Positions 51,836-64,000 of a stretch of 64,000 nucleotides of DNA are shown one piece after another. Position numbers and translations under genes: made by a program. The notes under the pieces are model-generated. The model was not told the origin of the DNA. It saw only the letters and a program-made list of their open reading frames with translations, and did not search any database. Source of the stretch: Octopus vulgaris (taxonomy: Eukaryota); NCBI GenBank assembly GCA_951406725.2, contig OX597828.1, forward strand, positions 1,426,001-1,490,000. Reading direction: 5' to 3'. The first letter of the stretch is position 1. Every line of letters begins with the position of its first letter.

Positions 51836-54800
51836 TGTGGTATTCGTGGAGAGAATTGCAGATGAGGTAAACGGAAGTGAAGACTGGAGGGGCCGGCGGA
51901 AGAGCCACGGGGGCATGCGTGGGCAGAAACCACGTGAGGCAGTTCGATGAGAGACAGCGAGTGTGGAAGGACATGTTTTTTTCTTGACGGCGATCGCTCA
52001 TTCCGCCTCGGTCAACAGGTAAGGTCTCTATTTCTTTCTCACTTTTACTTCTTTTTCTGTTGTCTTTTTCCTCCATCACTCAACAAGCTATTTCGGCCAA
52101 TAACAAAAAAAAAACAAAAAAACAAAAAAACAAAAACGATTGATGAGTGTTGTCCGTATTTCGAACGATATGGTCAAGCCGTTTTGTGGTGACACGGATA
52201 TAGTCACTTGGTTGAAGATGAAGTTGGTTGCGAACTCCACAGGATAAACGACTTAGCGAGTTTTATATCGCTGTACCTAGATGGTTCGGCGTTAGCGCTA
52301 TACCTAGAAATGGAAGAAAGGGACCAACTTAGCGCGGAAAAAATAGAAATCCGTTTGATGAGGGCCTTTGCCGAAGGAATGTTCGAAGCGTACGCTCGCC
52401 TGGGGAAAGCAAAGTGGACCGGCGAACAGGTCGACGTATTTGCCAACGAACTCAGGACATTGGCTAAACTGGCGGGATATGAAGGTGAATCACTGGACCG
52501 AACGGTTAAGTTAGCGTTTGTGACTGGCTTACGTGACCACATGTCGATCGAGTTGCAAAAGCTGCCGAACGTTAACTCTATGGCGATGGCAGACATTATA
52601 TCTTGGGCTCGCGTGCTAGTTTCGTGTTGCGGGATGACGCCGGTAGCAGCGACTGCAACAACGAAAAGTGGCCGAGCAAAGAGAGGGGTCAAACAAGGAA
52701 CGTGTGCGACCATTCAAAGGACAGTGTTTCCGGTGTCAGGGCTCACACATGGTACGAGACTGCAAGTCACCCAAATCTGAGATCATTTGCTACTGGTGTC
52801 GAGAAACAGGATATATAGCCAGCGAATGTCTGCGGGGAAACAGTCTGAGACTATTACACTGGTAGTTATCCCTTCGGATCAATAGAGGCGCGTTTATCGT
52901 TACCTGTAGTCGACATTCTGGTGGAGGGGAAGATGTCGCGAGCCCTTGTGAACACGGGCTGTACGACAACCTCGATGACTCCAGAAGTGGTAGAGACGTG
53001 GAGTGGAGTGAGCAATGTAAAGGCAGTTGACGGAAGAGAGGTACACTATGAAGGCGTTACAGACGCGCAGATTGTGGTGCAGGGAACAAAGCTGACGCTG
53101 CAAGCAATTGTAGTTGGCCACTTAGTGGACGAGACTGACGTGGTGATGGGGATGGATGCAATCTCCCGTTTGTGAGGTGTCACTGTCAACGAGGCCGGTG
53201 TAACGTTCGGGTTGCGGAGAAACCGTGTATGGCGAGGCCGTGCATTGGTGAGAACCGCGAAGAAAACTATGCTGCACACACCATTGAAGACCAGGACTTT
53301 CGGGCTGTCTTCGATGGCCAGAGATGGACAGTGGAGTGGCACAGGAAGGGAGAGCCCCCGACGTTAAAAAATAAAGTGGGCTGTTATAAGCGTACTCTGA
53401 AAGGAGATGCCAGAAGTGAGTTCGAGGGGGAGGCGGAGCGGTGGATTAAGGAGGGTATATTGATCCCTTGGGAAGAAGTAGAGAGCGGAGTCCTGGCGTT
53501 GATAGCAGTGATACAGCCCACAAAGCATAAGGTCAGGCCAGTGCTTGACTTCCGAGAGCTGAATAACCACGTATCATGTCATTACAGGCGACGAGGCCAC
53601 AGATGTCTGCGGAGACACCTTGCGAGGGTGGAGGAAGATGACAGGGGCATCCACGATCGTCGACTTGAAGTCGGCATACCTGCAGGCGCATGTGACTGAG
53701 AAACTGTGGAAGTATCAGCTTGTCAGGTATAAGGACCGGACATACTGACTGACCAGGCTGGGCTAAATTCAGCGCCAAAGATTATGGCAACAATTATCAA
53801 GGCCATCCTGGGAAAGGTGGACAGAGTAAAAAGGGCCACCAAGTCGTATATCGATGACATCCTGGTGGATGAAACCGTAATGCCAGCAACGGAGGTCATA
53901 GGCCACCTGAAGAGTTTTGGACTGATCGCCAAGCCACCAGAGGCAATGGAGGGAGGCGCTGCACTGGGTCTCAAGCTATGGAGAGACAAGGCTGGCGCGT
54001 TGATGTTCCGGCAAGGGAACGAGATACCCGAACTGGGCACCAGCATGAGTAGACGGGAATTGTTCTCGGTATGTGGGAAGCTGGTGGGACCACTACCCGA
54101 TTGCAGAATGGCTACGGACAGCATGTAGCTTTATCAAGAGACGAGCCGAAGGAGCGATGTGGAACGATAAAGGTGGGAAGAAGACGATACAGGAAGTCTT
54201 GGTCAGAGTGAGAGCAGAGGATCCAGTAAGAAGTTGGTGTATTCCCAAATCAAAGAGCGGGATCGTATGGTGTGACGCGAGTGGCATCGCAATATGTGTT
54301 GTTTTGGAAGTGGGAGGCGTCGTGGTGGAAGATGCAGCCTGGCTCAGGAAGACGGATGACTGCAACCATATCAATGTGGCGGAGTTGGATGTTGTACTGA
54401 AGGGAGTGGACCAAACCTTGAAGTGGGGGCTGCGCACCATAGAAATTAGGACCGATTCGGCCACTGTACTTGGTTGAGTGACGGCAGTCATCACCAATGA
54501 GCGGAGGGTGCGAACCAAAGGGGCCGCAGAGATGTTGGTAAAGCGTCGATTGGGGATACTGCGTGAACTAGCCGCTGAGTTCGACATGAAGCTGAGCATG
54601 ATCTTTGTGCCTTCCAAGAAGAACAGGGCAGACGTCCTGACCAAGGTAAAGCGAGCCTGGTTGCAGGTGCCAGAGGACGCGGAACAGGCTGTGGCTGCAG
54701 TATTCCGTCTGAGTAACTTGGAGTTGAGGAGATTGCATACCATGCATCACATGGGGGTGGACAGGATGTTGTTCCTAGCCAGAAAAGTTGACTCCGATGT

Positions 54801-56015
54801 AACAAGACGGAGCGTGCAGAGAGTGGTTAGCAGCTGTGACAGGTGCCAGTCCATCGACCCTGCTCCAGGCGTACATGAGGTGAGTATTATTCCAGTGGGT
54901 CACAACTGGAAACGACTGGCAGTGGACATAACACACTACCGGCAGGGGACATACCTCTCAATGGTTGACTGCGGACCGGGGCGGTTGGCCATATGGAGGG
55001 AGATGAAGACGTGAGAGTACTAAATGAGATATTCCTGGAACGAGGCCCTGTGGATGAGCTGCTTCTGGATAATGGCACTGTATTTCGCTCGGAGGTGCTG
55101 AAAGAAATGCTTGATGGGTGGCAGGTCAGCCGCTTCTTTAGGGCTGCCAAGTGGGAATGAGGTGGTGGAAAGGCATCATCGTACCATCAAGACTATGGCA
55201 GAGAGGGTCCACATTCCACCAATCGAGGCCGTATTTTGGTACAATATGTCGCCCAGATCAGGACAGGCTGAGGAGTCGGTGTCACACAGCAGAATATTCA
55301 GGTACGAGTGGAGGCATCCGTGTACTGCATCAATGCAATCCGGGGCAGAGGAAGAGCATGCCTTCGTGCAGGTCGGGAAGAAGTTTGGGTAAAACCCCCA
55401 TACGCACAGTGCACATCACGATGGGGAAAGGGAACAATAACCTTCATCAATTCGAAGAACAACATTTCTGTCGATGGTATGCCACGCCACGTTTTGGATA
55501 TACGGAAGATTGTCAATGCCTCTGAGGATGGAACCAGTAGCAGTGGGCAAGAAGATGAAGACAGCAGTAGTAGGCAAGATGATGAAGCAGCATGCCAGGA
55601 ACTCAGGCCAGTCCTAGGGTCGCACGGCGACCACAGAGGGAGCGGCACCCTCCTCTCTGGTTGGCTGATTATGAAACCAGTTAAAGTGTGAATTCGGGAG
55701 GGAGGAGTGAGTGGGAAAGCCTGTAGATCAGCGGGGGCGTGTGGTGCTTGTGGTGTTAAGGGCTGTGATGAGTTATGTGGTGTTCGTAGAGAGGATTGCA
55801 GATGAGGTAAACGGAAGTGAAAACTACAGGGGCCGGCGGAAGAGCCACGGGGGCATGCGTGGGCAGAAAGCACGTGGGGCAGTTCAATGAGAGACAGCGA
55901 GTGTGTCTTTTTCCTGACAGTGATCGCTCACTCATCCCTCCTCGGTCAACAGGTAAGGTCTCTGTATTTCTTTCTCCCTTTTGCTTCTTTTCTGTTGTCT
56001 TTTTCCTCCATCACA
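51836..56015 (+). mobile_element. Gypsy LTR retrotransposon 2, compact and decayed; LTRs ~51836-52085 and ~55776-56015
   Basis: LTRs share gcagatgaggtaaacggaagtgaa..ggggccggcggaagagccacgggggcatgcgtgggcagaaa; gag CFRCQGSHMVRDC, CYWCRETGYIASEC; protease ALVNTGC; RT VRPVLDFRELN, DLKSAYLQ, YIDDILV; RNase H WCDAS, HINVAELD; integrase HTMHHMG..CDRC, LAVDITH, LLDNG. Confidence 0.92.
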
Positions 56016-56027
56016 CACACTCACACG

Positions 56028-56142
<115 letters not shown>

Positions 56143-56399
56143 AGCAAAGCCAGAAACCGTCCGGGTTGAGGTTATCTTAAAGAAACTTGTGCAGCCAATT
56201 CGAAACTCAGAGTTATCTTTCAACTTTTTATATACAGGATGTCTCATATAAATATACACGCACATCGAATGATTACAAAGTTAGCTTTTACTAAAGTACT
56301 TTTCAATTTCAGAATTTAATAGACTCTACAGACGAGATTTAATTTTTTCATGGACACCGATTCTGAAACTGATTCTGATTCAGTGCACCCTGTGTGCAT

Positions 56400-57210
56400 T
56401 TCGTTCAGCCTTGTGTGCTGGGAACGCTGGGCTTGGAATTTTCCAGTATTAAACTGCATGTTATTGTCCTTAACCTACCCATGTATTGCGTCCAGCTACC
56501 GTTGCAGATGTGCAATATTTCCAGGGTTCTGTATATTTTGACAGACTTTTGTGTCAACTACATATGGTGGCTATCTGAACAGCTGGAAGCATGTCTGAGA
56601 AGGCCACTATGAATAGCAGTGGCCCTAAGGCAGTGTCCTGTAGAACACCACTCACTATTTGTATTTACTTTGAGGCGACTCCGTTGACCACCATTGCCTG
56701 ACTTGTATCTTTCAGAAAGTCGTGTAGCCACTCTCCAAGTTTTCCGACTATGCCGAGATCGTGCAGTTTGTAACATATACCAAGTGAAGATATACCACTT
56801 GAGTTATTGAGCAACTGCTTTAGCACCCAGTCGAAGTGCTGTAGGAGCTGTGTCAGGCAGTTTCTACCTTGTCTAAAACCATGTTAGGTGTCAGTCAGTA
56901 AGTCATTCTCTTCAAGGAACGTAATTAGTTTCTTTCGGACTATTTGTTCCACGACTTTACTGATGTGTGAGGTCAGAGAGATCGGACTAGTATTTTTAGC
57001 ATCTGCTCTGCTTCCCCTTTGTGGATAAGGCTTATTCCTTCCTTCAATTTTCCTGGGAGATTACTATTCTGAAAAAGAAGCTGCAATGGTTTTGCAAGGG
57101 ATTGTTTGCATGATTTGAGAAGGATTGCTGGGAATCCACCAGGACCAGTAACTGAGTTTGCGTCCACTTGATCTGTGACCAGTATTACATTTTCTTCTTT
57201 AATGTCGCTA
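56400..57210 (-). mobile_element. CR1-group LINE RT fragment
   Basis: TGPGGFPAILLK; PISLTSHISKVVE; HGFRQGRNCLTQLL; SGVLQDTALGPLLF; NNMQFNTGKFQ. Confidence 0.85.
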
Positions 57211-58419
57211 AAATCAATTATTATCTCATAATAATTGATTTTAGCGACATAATGGTTTTTCTGTTATAATATTCCGCCTGGAAATATAACTTTTTCATAG
57301 TGAGGCTCAGTTGAAGTAGGATCTTAAGTGTTGGGATCACTATGCAGGAGGTTGTAAATATATATTTCACCGAATAGAAGTAACTTTAATCATTTAATGG
57401 CCTGATGTCAAGCGATATGTCTTAGGTATAAGAGGTAAATATGAGTGGTAAAATAGTAGAACGATGGAATTCCCACAACAAAGCTTTGGAGTACCTAGAA
57501 CAAAAATAAACGAGTGGGTGTTGTCTATACAATGTTAATAGTTTTGTAATCATCTCTCATCATTATATTGGCCATTATTATCACAGATATTGCACGGTCC
57601 TTTAATGTATAGTCGTAAATAATACGTATAAAATCGTTAAAAACTTAGTCGGTTAAAACCTAAACTGGCAATTACGAATAAATCCTTTTCCACACCGTCC
57701 TTCAGGTTACCAAGTTGGTATACACTTAAAAACAAAAACAAATTTTCGCATTCATGACACATTATTACTAGTATTATACAATAACATTCTATATTTAAGG
57801 CGAAGAAAATTATTCTTGACAGATCAGGTATTGAAGTCAGGTAACCTAAACTCTAAATACAGGAATAGCAATTTGACAAACATTTGATTACTGTGTCAAC
57901 TTGAGTTAGTTGTTGAAGTAAAATATATTTCATTAGTACTACACCGAGTTATTCAATATTCACAGCTCTTAGATTTCCTTGAAGTTTGTTCGTAAATTTG
58001 AGTCGAAACCGGTTGGTTTAAGGTGACATGAAATTACCCAGAATTCATGCAATCAGATTACTCTGATGTTCACAAATTACTATGTCTACAACTTTTCCCT
58101 ATGTTCACAGATTGATCGTAGCATGCATACAGTATAGATCTTGATGTTCATTAGTTAACCAAGTAGACATACAAAACACAAAATTCAACCTCACAAAAGG
58201 ACATCCCACCAAAAACCAAACAAAAAGTGCATGTGTCCTTTATAGGCTCATATCAAACCCATGTACAGATTTGTTTGTACATGCTTTGCAATTTGACGTA
58301 ACATTTTAAATGGTAGGTGCATACGTATGCGAATCGAATGGGCCATTGTATCTCAGTATAATGCTTTAATCATCACATAAATGGGTACAAAGTTAGCCTC
58401 TTCTAGGATAAATAGAATT

Positions 58420-59000
58420 TTAGAATTAGGAGAAGCCAATATAGGGTTGTAAAGAGGTGATAAACTCTATACTACATAAAAGGAACACAACTGATATGAA
58501 TAGACTTAAGAAATATATTTAGACAGTTTAACCCCCAAATTACAATTAATACGAACTTAAAAATAAAAAATCATCTTGATATAATTTCGACTCTTAATAC
58601 AGGTAAATAATTATATCCATATCGTAAACCGAACAAAAACAATTTAAGCAAATAAAGACCCTAATCATCCACTGGTGATTGTTAAGAATATTGTACCTGT
58701 AGGCGCATCTCCAATCTATCGTCAGATAAATATATATTCTATTAGGCTGTCTCATACTAAAATAATGCATACAGATTTGACTCTAACGACAGCATACATA
58801 GAAAAATCAAGGGTTGCATAGAATTGTAACCGGGTTACAAATGTAACCGGGTTCTTCTTAACTCTAATAAGCGTTTACTTTCGCACAACCCATAAATATT
58901 ACAAAAATCTTTGATAAGTATTCCATGAAAGTAAGTTGTAGCTGTCTTACCAAGGAAGAGTCTCAGATATTAACTACAAAAACGTAGCTACAAATAACAC
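58420..59000 (+). mobile_element. Highly decayed PLE RT remnant (family of 26790)
   Basis: ITINTNLKIKNHLDI; YPYRKPN; patchy similarity to 27700-28250. Confidence 0.5.
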
Positions 59001-59643
59001 TGTTACTCTAACTATGATTCAAATGTAAGAAGACAGTCAGTTGTCTCTTTCTCAATAAATACCTTGAGAGAAAGGGAGAGAAAGGAAGGGTGACAGTGAG
59101 CATAGAATATATTTCGAGGACGATTGTCATAGAAAGAACTTAGCCTTTTAGACAATACAAATATTTGTTCAGGCAGAGGAATAAGCAATGTTTCCCTTAT
59201 TGTCAAAATACATTTGGCAGCTGAAAGACGGGTCAATTGAAATCATATAAATATAATGGGTATTGTAGCAACATATGATATACCCGTTTGTTGCAGTATT
59301 AAATATTTTCCTCAAAAACTGGTCGGAATGTAATATTTCAAAGTTTGAAAATCGCCATTTTTAATTCTTGTATTTTGATCACTCTCAATACAAAATATGC
59401 CTTCTTTGAATTGCGCAAGTTTTGTAAATTAATCTATGCTGTATCTTATGAAGTTTCCAAGGTCTTTCGTCTCCTTCGACGATCTGTATAACATATCATA
59501 CATATCCTTTGTTGCATTGATCAAGATTTTCCACAACGGATTAATCGATATTCACAATTACAAAGTTTGGAAATCGTTATTTTTAAAGTGAAGTGTGGCA
59601 AATTAAAAATTTTAAACTCTTTTATTATCTCCCATTTTAATAT

Positions 59644-59857
59644 TAGTTTCAGTTTTTTTTGCACAAGGCCAGAAATTTCGAGGGTGGACGTAAATCGATT
59701 ATATCAAACACAGTACTCAACTGGTACTTACTTTATCAAGCCCGAAAAGGATGAAAGACAAAGTCGACCTCGGTGAACTTTGAACTCAACGTAAAGATGG
59801 ACGAAATGCCGCTAAGCATTTTTCCCAGCGTGCTAACAAATCTGCCAGCTTGCCGCC
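59644..59857 (-). mobile_element. tRNA-derived SINE, family of 42762 with a different tail
   Basis: cccgaaaaggatgaaagacaaagtcgacctcgg..gaaatgccgctaagcattt..gctaac...ctgccagcttgccgcc. Confidence 0.85.
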
Positions 59858-59995
59858 ATCTTCATTTTTAATATGAAAATTTTGTGAATCATCGCATATT
59901 ATATTTCACTCTGAAGTTTTCTTCCTTTAATCATGGCGATCGGTACAGCATAAAACATAACTAGCTTACCAGCACTTAATATTCGTCAACATATT

Positions 59996-60510
59996 CAGGC
60001 ATAGCTGTGTGGCAAGAAGTTTGCTTTCTATTCACACGGTCCCGGGTTCAGTCCCACTGCATGACATCTTGGGCAAGTGTGTTCTGCTATAGCCTCGGGC
60101 CGGAAACTGAAAGAAGCACATGTTAATTCTTACCTGTATTCACTTGATTAAAACAGTTTTCTTTGCATCTGTCCATCAATAAAAAACACATCCGAAACAG
60201 TTGTAGTGAACCACAATCCATCTGTTATTATTGTTTATATATATATATATGTGTGTGTGTGTGTTTCTGTGTGTATGTGTGTGCGTGTGTGTGTGCGTTT
60301 GTGTGTGTGTGTATGTATGTGTTTGTTCCCTGCTACAGCACGGCAACTCTGTTGGTGTGTTTACGCCCACGTAGCTTAACGGTTCGGCAAATAGAAATCG
60401 ATAGATTTTTACAAAACATACTACATACTGGAATCAATTCGTTCGACTAAAATTCCTCAAGGCGGTGCCCCAGCATGACCAATTTAATGACTGAACAAGT
60501 AAAAGCAGAG
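59996..60510 (+). mobile_element. SINE of the 23148 family, rearranged or interrupted
   Basis: caggcatagctgtgtgg..ccgggttcagtcccactgc..ttgggcaagtg; 3' part ggtgtgtttacg..aaggcggtgccccagcatg. Confidence 0.75.
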
Positions 60511-61199
60511 ATAAAAAAGAAACGTTCGTTGATTCACTATATTGCAAAGTATAGAAATTGTCATTTTTTGGGCAAAATTCAGAAGTCTGAATTTTTTTAA
60601 GGCTAGATGGCCATATTACTAGCACAGCCGCTGGAAAAAAAAAAAAGAAAAAAACCAAAGCCTCAACATTTGCTGCCTGCATCGCTTCGAACGCTACACT
60701 GCAGGCACTCAGTCATACATTCCTAGACTCTTTACACCACCACAAAGATAATCTTCCTATGCAACCACCTCCTTCAACTGGACAATAACCCCTGGTGTCC
60801 CTTCCAGTACTTTTAGACAGAGGGTTTCAGATTTAGGACTTATGCTATCCAATCACTTTAATACTTCTCTTTTTACAAGAAACTCACAGAATCTCTTGAC
60901 ATACATGATAGTGTTGTTCCTTCCTGTACAGCAACATATACTGGTCGCTCCCGTTGGTTTTACCTATGAGTGTTTGAAAGAGAAGACTTAAAGAGGGTAA
61001 TAGAAAGAAAAAAAAACACTCCAAAAAGTTGCACCTATTTGTGATGGGTGCGTGAATGTAATTTGAGTCCAGGTATGGATTTTTCTATGAGGTCGCAGTG
61101 GGGATATTAATGATTTTGATTTTGCCGGGAATTGGGCAAATGTGTCTGTTGGTTGCAAGATATAGTTCTTCTATTGTTCTTTTTCTTCAACTCAAATTG

Positions 61200-61540
61200 T
61201 TCGAATGCATCATAACACATTTGACGGTATGCAGATCGATATGCAATGACTTACCCAAAATGTCAAGTTAATCTGTACAGATTTTAGTGATTGCTTCAAT
61301 TTATTCTTATACCTAAAGACGGGTCTTCCTTTGCCGCGATATCCTTCCACTTGTTGGCTATACAGAAGAATTTTTGAAATGCTGTCATTTTTCATTCGAA
61401 CATGTCCTACTCATCTGCATTGCATTCTTGTCAGCATGTTTTGGATGCTGGAGATATCATGCTTTTCTAAGATTTTGGCATTGAATATCTTATCTTGCCA
61501 TTTTATATTGCATATGTCGCGCAAACAGCACGATCCTACT
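61200..61540 (-). mobile_element. RTE/BovB-type LINE C-terminal remnant
   Basis: CLRDICNIKWQDKIFNAKILEK; ISKILLYSQQVEGYRGKGRPVFRYKNKLKQSLK. Confidence 0.8.
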
Positions 61541-61868
61541 AAATACTGACTTATCGCATCTAAAAAATGTCGGATTCCAGAAAAGGTAACGACCACGTTA
61601 ATCCCTATGAAACTCACTCATCACTTGGATCCGTATCAGCGCGGGTTCAATTGAGACATATTTAACGAACATGTATTCCCTATGCAATTCAATAGCGGTT
61701 CCTCATTCTTATGAAGAGTGTCGATTCTTCTAGTTAAATTGATAGAGCTCATCTTTGCAGTATGTGTCGGCAGATCCTTTCCCATAGAGATGCTATCAGC
61801 TCTAGTGTACTCCAATGTCCAACCAGTGATATTTCGGAACTGTACGCTCTGCTTATTAATATTAATGA

Positions 61869-62064
61869 CAAAGGCAAGCTGGCAGAAACGTTAGCACGCC
61901 GGGCAAAATGCTTAGCGGCATTTCGTCCGTTTTACGTTCTAAGTTCAAATTCTGCCGAGGTTGACTTTGTCTTTCAACCTTTCTGGGTCGATAAAAATAA
62001 GTGCACAGGGATCGATGTAATAGAATTACTTCCCTTACACGAAATTGTGCCAAAATTTGAAACC
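61869..62064 (+). mobile_element. tRNA-derived SINE, family of 42762 with a different tail
   Basis: ggcaagctggcagaaacgttagcacgccgggcaaaatgcttagcgg; 11-bp TSD aatattaatga at 61858 and 62065. Confidence 0.88.
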
Positions 62065-63199
62065 AATATTAATGATAGCCATACTGTTACTTCTAATACC
62101 ATCCATTTCCATGAAGGTGAAATAAGCCTTCACTCCTTAACCCTTAACACACGCATCAATATCAAACACCTTAGCAAAATTTCACCAGATACGCACTGAC
62201 TGCTTCTATGAATTTTACATTGTGATATCTCAAAGAAGCAATCATTACGCATACCAAAGAAATAATCGTAGAACCCATCCTCTTATACATGAACAACTCA
62301 CAAAAATTTTCAAAGTAATAAATCCTGGCTTCGCAGTCAGTGAAGCGATTGTATGAATCAGTGTTGCTTACTCTACACACAACCATCACATATTGCATCC
62401 AAAAGAACCCCATTTGATTGAGAAGCATATATTCACTCGCCAACAGGCTTCAAATGCTAGAATTACAGACTCATTGTTTCCTTCTTCCTCTTCTACCGTT
62501 CATCTGAATTCCTTCCATTCAGATACGACTTACTTATTTCTCCTCTTTGGACCCCTATTGTGTCTCAACTATTTGTTCCTAAACAAACCCTTTCCCAAAT
62601 CTTTCTTCCCACATCTCTAACTCTTAGGAATTCCTTTTCTGTTAACGTTTTACTTGCTAGCATTCACCTACAGGTGTCCAAATTCTGCATCAATTATTCA
62701 TCAATCTTACCTGTTTGCGAGGAACTACAATGGTCATGGGTATACTCATTCTACGGGATATTACATCTATATAATTTTTTTGCTATAGCTCTGTTTCGAA
62801 ATGTTTATTTTAAATATACAATGGTCCCGTTAGTCTTTCAGTTGATGGTATTGAGTCTTGAAACTGTAAAAAAATTCATATAACAATTTGCGAGCAACAC
62901 TCTCGGTAGTAACTGGTATACCACGATGCAATCACTGCTTTACTTTATTTTTTCAGGTGAGAGTGGCAAGACAGTGTCTGTGTAGGTTGGTGTAAAAGAA
63001 ATATCAACGGGCGACTTTCAAGAAAGAGCACTGGTGCATGGTTTCTATGTTTTTTTTTTACTGATGTTTAAATCCTTCGCCTACATACATAGACGGAAGA
63101 TGTACAAAGTCAATATAATCCAACACGCGCGCACACACACACACATACATACATACATACATGCATAATAATACATGCATACATACATACATCTGTGTA

Positions 63200-63356
63200 C
63201 AACGGATTTCTGAATAGTTTTCGCAAGTTAATCTGAAAATGTATTAGTCAAGACAAGGGTATGGTAGAAGACATTTTCCCAAAGTGCCGAAGTGTGGGGC
63301 TGAACCCGAAGCAACTTGGTTGTCGAGTGAACTTAACTGCACAGACATGCTGCGCT
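63200..63356 (-). mobile_element. Old SINE head fragment, family of 23148
   Basis: tagaagacattttcccaaagtgcc..gtggggctgaaccc. Confidence 0.6.
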
Positions 63357-64000
63357 CATTATAGAAATTTTGTTTTCGTGCAGATATTTTTGCTATTACT
63401 ACCACCACACATTGAGAAAACCCGTTGTGGCTGCAACTAATTACTGTCTGTCTATCTGTCAGTCAGTCAGTGTGTCTGTCTTTGGCTGCCTCTCTGTCTT
63501 CCTCTCTCTCTCTCTCTCTCTCTCTCTTTATCTCTCATAGTTTCTCGTTCTTTACATCGCTGTCTAATTTCTCCTGCTGTCTTGTTCTACACACGCAAAC
63601 ACACACTCACTCATACATATATACATGCTCTCTCACGCGCACATTAGCATGCAAATGAAGTTTACGGTCTATTTAGTAAAAACTATTTACCAAAGTCATC
63701 AGTCAGATTCTTGTTTCAGCTGCCATCTGTCGTTTATCCTATATAAAAAAAAAAGCTCCAATGCCACCAAGAACAACTTTAAGGCTGCGCTCTTCTCTTA
63801 ATGTTTATACATTTCTAATACTTATTTGACCTTCAGGACATATTTACAGTTTATTAATAAGTACAGTATTCCAATTAATAACTATGTATATCTAAATAAA
63901 ATTCTTCTGGCTTAATTGTAAGTCTTCGTCTCTCCTCCTCTTTCAGAAACACACATACTCTCATAAGTTAATACATAAATGTCTCAAAAACAACCTTCCA

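Overview
AT-rich, microsatellite-dense animal genomic DNA. The tRNA-derived SINE families and the transposon mix suggest an octopus or other coleoid cephalopod (inference from recognition, no search run). I find no intact host protein-coding gene; most listed ORFs are microsatellite or transposon artefacts. The window is a graveyard of nested, mostly decayed transposable elements: a head-to-tail cluster of R4/Dong-type retrotransposons in (TAA)n; a hAT MITE swollen to about 6 kb by nested mariner, Penelope, Hero and other inserts; Tx1/L1, RTE and CR1 fragments; Tc1 and mariner elements and MITEs; many Penelope-like elements (PLEs) with hammerhead-ribozyme motifs and long palindromes; two Gypsy LTR elements; and many SINEs. 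The most interesting signal is a pair of divergent, TSD-flanked ORF1-only (gag-like, HAL1-like) retroposons. Their 3' terminal module (TGTCC..TGTCCYCTCTRTGT, then a hairpin, then an AATAAA-like signal) is shared with a SINE and partly with a Tx1/L1 LINE in the same window. PLE hammerheads with a recurrent non-canonical CCGA core come second. Coordinates were read by eye, and ends of decayed elements are approximate.
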